In this document: piece after piece, positions 24,101 to 36,138 of the stretch
How positions within the stretch are numbered: the stretch's first letter is position 1
Layout: each line of letters opens with the position of its first letter
NCBI GenBank assembly: GCA_973895155.1
Contig: OZ316891.1
Span: forward strand, 27,317,561 to 27,381,560
DNA: 64,000 nucleotides
Direction of reading: 5' to 3'
Origin: Marsupella aquatica
Lineage: Eukaryota > Plantae > Marchantiophyta
The notes under the pieces: model-generated
Databases searched by the model: none
What the model was told of the DNA's origin: nothing
What the model saw: the letters and a program-made list of their open reading frames with translations, nothing else
Program-made: the position numbers and the translations under genes

Positions 24101-24471
24101 AGGATACGTTTGTTATTCTTCGTCCAACAGATAAATTTGAACAAATAGTTCCCCTTCGATTCTGGCTAGGAAGAGCCATGGATCGTGTTGTGTGGGTTCC
24201 AGATGATGCTCATGCTGGGGAGTTTGAGGCGGAATGGTGGAGACCTGTCCATCAAAAATTGTTTGTCCCAGACTCTGAACGATATCGGGATTGTTTCAAT
24301 TCTAAACAGTCCTGGGAAGTTGATCCAAATTACCAAAGTCCTACAATCCGACACGACTGGCTCCTCGCAACGTCTACAATCAATGGCTGGAATTCAAAGG
24401 CAAAGGGTAAAGTGAAAGTTCCAGGTCATGTTCTTGAAAGCGTGAATGCATACATTTCCGAGAACTTCTGA
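21182..24471 (+). pseudogene. Sola-like DD(E/D) DNA transposase, degraded
   Basis: CCxxxCC + 'IRDEFYGLS...QQTYIL'; 'KCDLC'; 'SVIHDKMDQAK'; 'HLQLDNSGKDNKN' (alternate frame ~23215-23253); 'SFLMVGHTHEDVDAFFS'. Frameshifts and TGA stops. The superfamily assignment is from recalled motifs. Confidence 0.7.
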
Positions 24472-24818
24472 ACGGAGTGTTTGTTTCTGCACGAGGCTCA
24501 CGTAGGGCCTCCTCATTTTGCCTTACCAAGGAAGGTTTAGGTTGACCATTTGGATCTGCACGAGGGTCGCGTAGAGTGGCCTCGCTTTGGTCTCTAGGCT
24601 AGGGTCTACTAAAAGCGACATGGCCGTAGACCCGGGATTCGCACGCTTTGGCCATTTCTTGGTCTTGTCCAAAAGGGAACTCCTCACTCTCTTTTCCCAT
24701 TCTGTGGTTTCTCATTCACTTTCAATCTGCTGTTGATGTTAGTTTTTGTCGTCATTTGATTTGTGTTAGTTTTCGTATTTCTTAATCTGATTTTGAGAGG
24801 ATCTCTTGAGTTCTTTCG

Positions 24819-25352
24819 ATGAATCCACCAGTGACGTCCAAGGACCTCGCCGTGACCAACAACTCAACAGAGGTTTCCCCGCCTCATAGCTCAAAGGAGG
24901 GGAACGCCCAAAGGAGGTCATCCAAGATTTACACGCCTGCGGATGGGTTTGACCGTAGTTGCAATTCTGACAAAGAAGGATCTTTTTTAAGAGAGTGTAC
25001 TCGATGTAAAAGGTTTTTCTTGTCAAAACTCGATGGAGATACCTGTGGCTTTCCCAATTGTAAGACACCTGGAGAATAAAAAATGGATGATTCAAAGATT
25101 AGCCGTGGAGGAAATTCCGTGCCGCCTATGGAGGGGCAGGAGGCATTGGGTACGAGGAAAGCCGGAAAGATGCCCAGGGAGACTGTGAACAAAAGACGCA
25201 TGAAGGAAAATGTCAATGTCTACTATGGGAAGGGAAAGAAGCAAAGGCGGGCTCCGATGGACCATCGAGCTTGGGCAAAGGAAGCTTTCCTTGACTGTCG
25301 TGAATCCACTCCGGACTCGGATGAGTGGATGTCATCTTCATGGAACGATTAA
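24819..25352 (+). CDS. Small hypothetical protein with CxxC...CxxxxC zinc-ribbon-like motif and basic tail (one in-frame stop)
   Basis: ORFs 24819-25079 and 25083-25352 are in the same frame; flanked by type-B palindromes. Confidence 0.35.
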
Positions 25353-25524
25353 GATTTGAAGCCATTTGGGAGAGTCTTAAGTTTTTGAAGCATTTTGAGG
25401 AAAACGCGAGTCTCGCGTAGATATTTGACTCCAGAAAATTTAGATTGTGTTCGCTCACTTTTGTTTCTGCTTTAAGCTGGTAAAGGAGATTTCCTTATCT
25501 GAATGCCCATGTCTCTATGGGCAT

Positions 25525-25665
25525 CTCATTATTTTCTTTAAATCAATGAGTGCACATCACTCTATACTATGATAAACCTCCGATTATTTTCTTTAAATTA
25601 GTGAGTGCAAATCACTCCATACCATGATAACCCTCAATACTTTCTTCGAATCAATGAGTGCACAC
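25525..25665. repeat. ~55-bp tandem repeat, about 2.5 copies
   Basis: ATTATTTTCTTTAAAT..TGAGTGCA.ATCACTC.ATAC.ATGATAA.CCTC repeated. Confidence 0.8.
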
Positions 25666-25739
25666 CAGAAATTACCACATTTTGATGTGTGATTATTGGC
25701 AGGGGTCACAACTACATTTTTGCATTTCAGGACCAGGTT

Positions 25740-27242
25740 TAACCTAACCCAAGACGACGTTCCTTCCATTTACGACGGACTATACGTCGTTAAGCTCCGG
25801 ACTATTGTCGGATGTCATCCGGAGTTCCGACGGGATCGGATAACGTCAACTTGTGTGACGTTAACTTTACGTCCTTTAAGACACGGTAAGTTACCTCGTA
25901 TATCATGTTGTACCTTACATTACGTCTTACTAGACGTGGTAACTTACCTGTTCCCGGAAGACGTAAATGAGAACGATGTATAGGACGACATTCTTAAGTT
26001 TAGGCGTTTGGAACGACGTATCTTCAGATGCATCGTCATAGAATACCATATGTGCATCGGGAAAAATGACGTTAATTCCACATATTAGCGGAGGACAGAT
26101 TGAACTATAGGCGGGAGGCTCACTATAGCCTACATTCCTGAGTGAAGACATCAAAGGTCCTCAGTGTAGAGAAGTTGAACCGTGGGAGGCAAAGTGTTCA
26201 GCTATGGTGCGAAAGTTCTTTGCAAATGTGCATTGTTGTTTCCTCCCGCTTGGTGAGGAGGAGAAGATGGTTCGAGGGTTCTTTGGCCGTGGAGGGCTTG
26301 TTGACAAGCTATGTACCTCACAGAATGATTTCTTGATTGCAAATACGTGGAAACAGGTTGTGGAGCACTTCAGTGACTATGCTGTCTTGATCGAGCATTT
26401 TGCTGAAACCGTGCATTTCATCTCTACTCGGTGGGTAGAGTGCTCCATTCTTGCCAACAAGCAGTTGGATCTAGGAGAGTTCTTGTTGCATCCGAGCAGT
26501 GATCGTGGTCTAGAAGATTCGCCCGAGGATGATGATGGTGAGGCCTACCCTCCCACCTTGTCTTAATGTGACCTGTCACCCACTGAACTTCAGATTGCTA
26601 TGTTTGATTACAAGGAAAGTTGTGCAGCCGAGGTGGAGGCTCAGAGGCTACAGGCCGGTGAAGCTGTTGTGCGGAAGAATTGGAATGTCAGCCAAAGGCG
26701 TGCTTCGTACAAGAAGAGGAAAGCGGACGAGGAGTACTACTGGTCTAGAGAAGGGACTCCTTAATCAACATCAGTCTGGAGGGAGGGTGTAGAGAGATGA
26801 CCATGACTCATGTAGGCTACATTTGCAGTAGAAAGGATGGTACAGCTATTGTGTATCTCTATTTGGTCTATGTGCAGCAATAAACACATCCATGAGTGCT
26901 ATTTGTCGCAACAATTGTGTGGTTTGAATGTTGTATCTTTTTCCTGTGATTAACGTCGAAGAAAATTTAGTACGTTGACTGAACCGTCGTATCTAATTAT
27001 TAATGTCGTTCTACTCAAGGTAATATATTTTCGTCGCGCCATACATTGTTAAGAACGTCGTTTTCACCGTGTTACGACGTATAGAAGGACGTTAATAAAC
27101 CCTTATAACATCGGCTGATGGTTCGGTACAAGACGTTAACTACCATTACGTCGAATTGGCGTAGCTATAAACGACGTTAGAGAATTTGGTATCGACGTAA
27201 ATTATTTCAGACGACATTAATGACAATTATCCCTTGTAGCAG
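25740..27242. mobile_element. CACTA-like non-autonomous remnant
   Basis: Dense ACGACGT/ACGTCGT motifs in both orientations at 25750-26070 and 26950-27220; right end CCCTTGTAGC resembles a CACTA terminus (..TTGTAGTG). No matching left TIR found. Confidence 0.45.
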
Positions 27243-28542
27243 AAGGCCGAGGGATCATGTCCATAAATGTATGGTTATTACTTGTTTCTTTGCCAAGTGA
27301 TTAACAAGCCCATCCCACTCTGCAAATTGATAGATGCCTAGGCCATGAAATATGTCTGTTTATATGCGAACCGTGACAACAGTCAATACAAATGGGGATA
27401 GTGAGTCTATCATGTCAATCCTCCTCGTCTACGATAGCTGATGGCATGAAGCCCTTGCTCAACAACACCCATGCCATGTACAACACTTCCGCAAAGTGTT
27501 GTACATGGCAAAGTGGCAAGGCATGCATATGGAAGACTTCAAGGATTCCGAATTCCCTCTAGCTGGGCAGAAAGAATAGAGACTACAACAATGGTAAGAC
27601 CCAGACTAAACTTCTCAAGCATAAAGCCCTTGCAATAGTTCAAATTATACGTACGCTCAAGTCTAACAGCTTTGAATCTTAGCATCTCTGTTTGCCGGAT
27701 TATACAAGATATTGTCTCTATCGTGAACAAGCTTCTTTTCACTTTACCTTTCTGCGGCAGGTGGAGTTTGTACTTGAAGCTGGAACAACACATGAGAAAG
27801 TTTTGCAAATAGCTTCTGCTAAACAATCAAAAGTCTGCGGACACTGAATTTTTCAAATGGAAAGCCTAAATCCGTACATAATGAGGGATGCAAAAAATAG
27901 GTGCCAGGTGATATGCTGGAGATTAGTACTTTACTGGGACAGGGATGTTGCATGTGTGCGTGTTGTCTTATGAGTGATGGTTATTTTGCTCAACACTATG
28001 GTTATAATACATATGTCATCTAGCTATGTTTGGATGCAAGGCTCACAAGGGTGTACACAACCTTAGGTTCTCACTACATAGCTTGTGTGATTTAAAGGTA
28101 TCGTGGATCATCTTGCAACAACTTTCTAGTCAAGGAAGCAAGAGATAGGACATTATCATTTCAAGAAGTTGGTCAAAAGACACCGCGTATCCTAGAGTTG
28201 GGAAATGTGTTGAACCAATCATGCGTTATAAGTGTCGTGCGCATATACATCGCTACACAACATACATTGCTTGTCACATACATCCAAACATAGTCACATT
28301 GCCACATCACAAACACAAGAGAATGGAATACAAGTGGAACTCATGTCCACACATGTCCAAAACCCACAATCGCCCCCTAGCTGGGAGTAAGGTCCCCTAA
28401 CTCTAGCTAGCCATGAGTTCTACAAGGTTGATATACACCTTTTCAGGTGTGAAGATCAGGAGGCCGGGTGCAAGTGAGCCCCATCGATCACCTACCTGCA
28501 ATCCATATCTGCCAAAAGAACACAAATGATAACTAGTCGGCT

Positions 28543-28700
28543 TCACCGACACTGAGGACACAACCATGATCCACTAGGAATCACCTGCAATGGTGGTGTC
28601 AAACATGACATGTGCCATCCTCTAGAACACTTATCACAAATCAACATAGTAACTGCTCCCTGAGTAGATCCACACAACATACATTTCAAGCCAGCACGAA
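28543..28700 (-). CDS. PHD finger at the integrase C-terminus (not in ORF track)
   Basis: Manual translation: CMLCGSTQGAVTMLICDKCSRGWHMSCLTPPLQVIPSGSWLCPQCR*, i.e. C4-H-C3. Confidence 0.92.
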
Positions 28701-28718
28701 CATGTGCCAAGCTTGGAT

Positions 28719-29835
28719 CTATTGTACCATCAATGTTGGGAAGGTGAATGGTGCACAGTTGCGCACATGATCATTCCAAACCATACCATTGTGTCCCTCC
28801 AACATCAGGACACCAAAAGGCAACACTTCACGCACACGTAAGATTGTCCGGCCTGCGGTCACATCAAGTGTTGTGGGTGCTGTCTGCTGCAAATAAACAT
28901 AATCATCGGGATGAAATCGTCGAATGCTTGCACGGTAACCTCCTCCACGAATAGTGGTATACCTCAAAGTATCACGATGTTGGGCAATGGCAAGGTTGTC
29001 AAAAGCCATGGGCATCACTCTCTGAAATACCCGTGCTCTCTCTGAACACACCTTGACCCAAACATCAGGATCATCCAAGTTCACAACTGGTGCAGCACGA
29101 CGAATAGCTGCTGGCAAATCTGGCTCTCTACCATAGAGCAAAAAGTAAGGTGAGAAGGATGCAAGTGATGCTTACCAACTGAAATGGTAGCCCATAGCTA
29201 ACCAAGGTAGCTGAGATCCCAATCTCCCAGATGACCAACCTGCAAGCCATACTTAGGCAATCCTCTCTTCATAGTTTGCACAACTCTCTCAGCTAATCCA
29301 TCTGCCTTAGGATGATCACGAGAGGTAGTACGATGATCAATCAAAGCTTGTTCACACAAACTCTCAAACTCTCCACGGAACTCAGTTCCCTGATCAGTCA
29401 ACACCTCAGCTGGTGCTCCAAAAGGAGTGAGTACGCGATCCAAAAATGTAGCAGCAACTCCTCCACTGGCTTTATCTGGCAACGCCACTAGCTCAATCCA
29501 CTTGGAGAAGTGCTCCACCATAACCAAAACATACCGATTATGGCGTTGGGTAAGAGGTAATGGACCAGCAAAATCCAAACTCCAACGATATCCCAAACCC
29601 ATGATCGGTAACGGGTGCAACTGGGGAGTGGGAGCACTCTATCGCATACCACACACTTAGCTATCAACTGCTGGACATGAGTGTGCATACCACGCCACCA
29701 ATACTGTGTCTGTAGCAAGCTATAAGTGCGCTTCACACCAAAGTGACCCAACTCCTTGTGTGCATGTCGCACCAAATGTACTCGTTGTGATGGTTTTGGT
29801 ACCACCAACACCCTACCATCATGCAGTACTCTCAA
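28719..29835 (-). pseudogene. Gypsy integrase (H2C2 plus DDE core), frameshifted
   Basis: 'HKELGHFG...CVVCDR', 'WSLDFAGPL', 'LTDQGTEF', 'DGLAER'. Confidence 0.92.
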
Positions 29836-30200
29836 AAGATGGTTTCCCTCCCATCGAAACCTCTTGGCTCTTTGTAGAACCCTATCACGTTCTTTGGCAT
29901 CTACGCAAATATTCCAACACTCTCACATCATTGTGAATATCTTGCTGTCCAAAAGTTACCTCACCAACATCCACATCTGAAGACTCATCATCCACTCCAT
30001 CCAATGAGGTAGAGTCCACAGATCCACTATATGCTGGCACCCAACAAAGAAAGGCAGATGCATGCCATCCTGACACCATCTCCTTATCTGACTCATCATG
30101 CCATCTAGGTCCAGTCTCATCCTGCTGACTGGTACATGGATTGCAGCTTAATCCATCTGCATCCAAGTTCACTTTTCCAGGCCTATGCACCACCTGGAAA

Positions 30201-31583
30201 TCATACTCCTATATATAACAACAATGCCCATCGTGCAAGCTTCCCTGTAAGCTTGTCAGACTCCATTAACCACTTAAGAGACTGATGATCAATGATCAAG
30301 GTGAAGGGGTTACCAAACAAGTAGCAACGAAAGTGTGCAACAGCCCACACTGTTGCCAAACACTCTCCCTCATAAGAGCTATACTTAGCCTCTACTGAAT
30401 TATTTGATCTACTGGCATAAGCCACAACAAACTCATTCCCCTCGTCATCCTTCTGAGTCAGCACTGCTCCAAGTCCTACTCCACTCCAATCAGTGTGTAG
30501 CTGAAATGGTCTGCCTGAAATGGGTCTTCTCAAAATAGGGGATGATGCCAACCTTTGCTTCAACTCCTAAAAGGCATGCTCCTGGTCATCACCCCAAATC
30601 CATTCCTGATCCAACTTAGTGAGTATGGTCAAAGGTTTAGCAAGTTGGCTAAATCTTTTAACATACCTCCTGTAGTAGCTCACCAATCCCAAGAATGCAC
30701 GAACTCTACTCACATCAGTAGGACAAGGAATCTGTGTAATGGCCTCCACTTTAGTCTGCTGTACACCCAATCCCCCTGGGTATATAGTGTGGCCCAAATA
30801 CTCAATCTGGTCTTGGAAGAACTTACACTTGCTAGGATGGAGCTTCAACCCATGTGCTCTCAATCTCTCCAACACAGTCTGCAAGTGATGCTGATGTTCT
30901 TCCATAGTAGAAGAATAGACCAAAATATCATCAATATAACATCTGACAAAATCCAAACCTGCAAGGATTCGATCCATGACTCTCTGGAACTCAGCTGGTG
31001 CATTCTTCAACCCAAATGGTAAGAATAACCACTGATACAAAAAATCTTTCCCATAAGAATCAATCCCCCAGAATGCTGTCTTGGACCTGTCAGCATGCCT
31101 AATTGGAAGCTGATGGTACCCTGCCCTCAGATCCAATGAACTGAAAACCTTTGCATGCCCCACAGCATCAAAGATCTCCTCAGGTGTGGGCATGACATAT
31201 CTATCATATTTTGTCTGGCGATTAATGGGTCTGTAATCACCACACATGCGCCTATCTGTGTAATTGCCATGCACATCCTTCTTGGCTGGCATCACTGTGG
31301 CAGATGCATACTCCCCATATGAAATCTCCACCAATCCAGCCTCCAACAAATCTTGAGTTCTGCTTTGAATCAGAGCTCTCTCCATGTCACTGTAACGGTA
31401 TGGCTTACGAAAGATTGGCGCATCACTAGCCAATTCAATCTGAATACCAGGACCCTTTAATGTCCCCAAATCTTTCATGCTAAATGCAAAACAATTCCAG
31501 TAACTCTTCAGGAATCGATGCATGCGATGTCTCTCCTCCCCTGTCAACTTAGGGCCAAGCTGTGGTTTCCAACTCTCCACCAA
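30201..31583 (-). pseudogene. Gypsy reverse transcriptase and RNase H
   Basis: 'RMCGDYRPIN', 'LDLRAGYHQ', 'PFGLKNAP', 'YIDD', 'LHTDWSGVGLGAVL', 'YEGECLA'. Confidence 0.95.
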
Positions 31584-31628
31584 ATCCCTAATATCTCTTT
31601 GTAGGGTAGAAGAGATAGCCGATGATTG

Positions 31629-32822
31629 CTATTTTGCAGTAGATTGAGCAGTCCCTTCCTGCTCAACAATCTGTCCAGCCTTGGCCAATCCTGCCATAGG
31701 TCCATGGACTGTCTGCTCGCCCCCAGCTGTGGTCAGTACTATCTCAGTGGACCACAAGCTCACCAAGGGACAATCAGTAATTCCAGCAGAGCGCATCCGC
31801 AACTGTTCAGCTACTCCCAAGCTGATAATCCAAGTCAAACAATTCAGGTCCATTGCTTGACCAAGAACCTGGCGCCGCAAACCCTCTGACACAGAGGCAA
31901 CTGCAGTGGTGCCAGTCAAAAATCCCATAGCACGCTCTCTCTCATCAGTAATAGGTTCCACTAACTGCTGGAGAGCTGTGTCCCACAAAAGTCCAGGGCC
32001 ACCTACTCTGAATGCATATGAAGCAGAGTGTCTTACAAGAGTGGGTAATGCACAACGTGGGCACCCAACTGCATTGACCATTGCCAATGGAGGTCTATCA
32101 AGTTGGGTCACACCCTATGCACGACGCCCTGGATCCAAAATATCATCCACCACTAAGGCTAGTGAGCGTGGAATGCTGTCAAATGCGCGCTTCAGCACCT
32201 CACATGGGATCAAATTAGTCCACCACAAGCGTGGACAATGTGCACGAGAACCCACACGTGCAGCATCCAATAACACACCAAGTCCAATCCAAGACCTCAC
32301 CTGGTGAACACTGGCAACAATCCGACTACGATCATCACCTAACAATGGCACATTCTCCAAAATGTATGCTGGAGACTGTGTCTGATGTAGCTGGAGATGA
32401 CGTAGCACCCGTAACATCTCCCAAAACAATGTAGAGCGTGGATCATGAAGTCCATGCCCAACGCCAGCTCTAGATTGGCCCTGACATGGCCAACCAGCAA
32501 TCACCAAATCAATGGGGCCAACACGATGCAGATGATCTGCCCCCAGCAATAAAATATCAGCAGGTAATGCATGCTGATAACCACGAATAGCATCCACTGG
32601 CAGCAACTGTGGATATCTATCCACCAACATAGCCACATGTCGCAATGAGACCCTCCATGCTGTCTCATCTGACTCCACATACAAATAACGACGAACAGGA
32701 ATTTCTACCTGAAGAACAGTAGCCAATCCAGTGCTAATCCCACCAAAAAGATCCAACAAAAAAATACCCTCCGGTGGATATTGCCAAGCAATAGGAGTGG
32801 TATCCAATGGTGAAAGAGTCAC
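31629..32822 (-). pseudogene. C5 cytosine DNA methyltransferase domain (DNMT3-like) in frame within gypsy pol
   Basis: Motif I 'LDLFGGIS', IV 'GWPCQ', V 'DPRSTLF', VI 'ILENV', VIII 'AH(C)PRLWWTN', IX 'ERERAMGF', X 'RRQVLGQAMD'; one TAG at 32115-32117. Confidence 0.92.
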
Positions 32823-32843
32823 AGGTGCATCTGCAAGAGGTTG

Positions 32844-35487
32844 CTATGCTCCTGACTGTGGTGTAAAAGCATGATGCCATGCATCATGTACCAATTGTGC
32901 TGCTGTCTGTGGCAAGGCCTGTGCAGTGCCCCACACTGGTGGCACAACACTGCCAATAGGTAATCCTCGCATGATGTGCTCCTTATGAGACTCCTCCAAT
33001 GGTGGAACATCTGCTGCATGCGCATTACCCTCAATCAAATCATCAGGTCCAGCAATTAGACCACTGAATGCTGCCAAAGACAATGGTGTGGATTTAGGGC
33101 CTCCCACAGGTCCACTAAATCTCACTGGCAATTTTCTCAATCGAGCATCTCTTGACTGCCAATCAGGTCTATATGACACTGATTCCTCCCAAAAATCAAG
33201 AATAAATCCCATGGGGTAGAGCACTGTACATCCCACCAACACATCATATGACTCTGCCTTAGTTAGAATAGCTCGCGCCTGTATCTGTGAGCTATCTGTG
33301 GTATGACCTTCCTGAATCCTCAAATCAAGAGGTCTCCTGGTAATGTGCTGTGTAGGTGTAGGTCCCCCTAATGAAGTCTGAATGGGAAAGGGACAATCCT
33401 CCAAATCCTCTGGACGAAATCCCAATCCATGTATGGCAGACTTTCCCAACATCAAGGGCTGAGCACTAGTATCCAGTAACACCCTCTCTGGTTGGTATAC
33501 TGCTCCAGAAGGCCCAACTAATCGGAAGATACCACTCCGATTATCTAATGATACAACACTAGGTTTAAACCTAGTCCTCTCAAATACAGGGCGTGCTGAT
33601 AAATCCACCAACCTCGCTGCTGCTGCATGCCATGTCTCACTAGTAGCAGTAGGTGGCATGGTCTTCACTGCATCAACACTGCAAGTTGCTTCTGCATGGG
33701 AAGCAACCACTGGAGTGTCCTCACAGAGTGTAGCTGCCAATTTGAACACTTCTACACGACCAACTCCCAAGTTCAGCATGTCTGTTGCTGAAAATAATGG
33801 GGCGCGTACCATGGCAGTAGCCGCCCCCAGCAAGGTACTTGTCATCCCTGCTGCATCACTACCTAATTCTGCCAACTTACCCACATCAGGGTTTGTCCGA
33901 ACCGGGTTCATAGAGGCAGTCTAAACTGTCTCTGACAATGTAAAAGACTGAGGAAGCTTTGTCTGCCGATGTGCATCCCCCCTTTGTGGATCTAACTCCA
34001 CTACTGCTCCTCGGGGCTCAAGAGCTTTGGCTACCCCATGTGTCAAAGCTACTGATGCATCAATATGTGCAGTGCCACACATGAATCCCATGGTGGCAAG
34101 GTCTCCATCAGCTCCATAAGATGTGGAAGGACCATGGGATGTGGAAGGTCCATAGGATGTTAATGCCCCATCACCAGAAGTAGGTCTCACCTGGGAACTA
34201 GCCATGGCAGCTAGCTGTTGCTCCAATTGAGCAATCTTAGCATCCTTTGGATCTATGGTTACAGCAGGGGCAGCGTTACCTCCCTGTCTCCCTGCATGTG
34301 GCATGCCACGACCACGTCCACCGCCTCTACCTCCTCCTCTTCCCTGATCATGTGTACGGGATCCTCCTCTCCGTAACTCAGGATGGAGTGAGAAACACCT
34401 ATCCTTGGTGTGTCCAGGAGCTCCACAATGATCACACTATCGCTGATCAGGTGCTGATGCTCCCCCTGATCCTCTATGATCTGGGCAATATCTCTGTGCA
34501 TGATCCCCACCATAGGTCCAACATCTTGATTGCTGTCCAGCATAAGAGGGCACAGGTCTCTGGCTGGTAGACTCTCGTGCAGTAGGCTTCTCCCTCTGGC
34601 TCTTCCGTGTCGTAGGCTGTGGTGTGGATGTGGATGCAACCTTTGGTGCTTCCTTGGCAAATCCGGAAGTCACCACCTTCTCATTCACCATATTGAGCTC
34701 AATGCGCTCAGAAAGTGTAAAAACAACTGCTAATGTGGGATCTGCATCCCTAAGCAGAGTGACATCTCTCACTTTGCGTTGCAATTCTCTGTCCAGAATT
34801 GCATACCAAAATTGGACTGCCTGAGCCTCTGTCACTCCCTTGGTGACAGTGATCAATCTGCGCATACGAGTGTATGCCTCACGTAGACTCTCTCCAGTCT
34901 TGCGCTGGAACTCCTGAAGACCCTTCAACTTATCAGTTCTTACACCCTGATAGCTTCAGTACCTCAAAGAATTCCACCACAGGGTTAAATGTTGGTGTAA
35001 CTCCAATTCCTGTCACAATCACACCGGCAGGGGTAGCGGTGGATGCTGCTGGAGTGCTGCTAGAAGAAGCAGCAGCTATGGCAATGGGTTGGGCAGCCGC
35101 ACTAGTGCCATAGGTGATGGACAAGTAATTAGGCGACCAATGCTGCCTCCATGCCTCAATCTCAACCAAATGAGCCTTCCAAAACTCATGGTAGTCATCC
35201 ATGGGTGGCCCCTCCAAATGCTGAAATAATCCCTTCCATGCCATGAAAGGGGTAAACAATGTGGCGTTACGCAATGTCTGCATATTGCACCACGTATCAA
35301 ACTCCTGGATGAAGTCATCCAGATCAATCGTGCCAACTGCACCAGAGTATCGTCGTGGGCCCTTTGTAGCCCCGTACATCTCGTCCATATCCCACAACAA
35401 AGGTGCAACCACCTGATGATGAGGAGAACTGGTCACTGAGTCCTCATCAGAATCACTGTCTGAAGCTGCACTACGGACTGCTACCAA
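32844..35487 (-). pseudogene. Gypsy gag and aspartic protease
   Basis: 'FQRKTGESLREAYTRMRRL', degenerate knuckle 'CWTYGGDHAQRYC', protease 'VLLDTSAQ...YDVLVG'. Confidence 0.85.
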
Positions 35488-36138
35488 TGCCGCTGGCCGA
35501 AACTGTGCCCCACTCCGAGTGAAACCAGTCCGTCATCCATCGGGTAATCCAGCAGCACCAGAAGAATCCGTGGTGACCAACCCTAACCTAATCTATGTGC
35601 TAACCCTAAGGGCAATCTATCCCTGTCAGCACCACAAGCACTCACCATGGTGTGTTGGGCATCACTCCAACATCACCAGGAGAGAAATACACAGCACACT
35701 AGAATGTCCAGTTGCAAACCCGGATCACTCCTATGGAATCAAGCGCCCACACCGAACCAACATGGCGCATAAACAGGAAACAAGTGTGGAGAGGATCCAA
35801 TCAACAAGAATAGTCAAACACTAACTCTCCACACCAAGAGTGATCACACATTGATCAAACAAATATTCATAATGTTCAATGAAAGGCCTTCATAATAGGC
35901 TTCATGATGTCCCAATGTTATAGATGAGAAACCATGCACAATTGGTTCAATCTGTGTATTTAGATGAACTTAGAACTATCAAAAACCTCTAAAGAGCCTC
36001 TGATTTGGCCCGAAACAAGGCTCTAAGCAAACAAGAAAGTGTATAAAGCCCCCCGGCGCTTGAATCTAAACAACAAGTTGTGAAAACTTGTGTGTACACA
36101 AGGTGGGATGAGAACTTGTCAGTTAAGTGCTTGCGGTT

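Larger units (their letters stand above)
16207..25421. repeat. Dispersed 21-bp type-B palindrome TCTACACGAG-N-CTCGTGTAGA, about 14 copies
   Basis: Copies near 16207, 19393, 19486, 19605, 19676, 19750, 20079, 20968, 21037, 21130, 23151, 24486, 24555, 25401. Confidence 0.85.
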
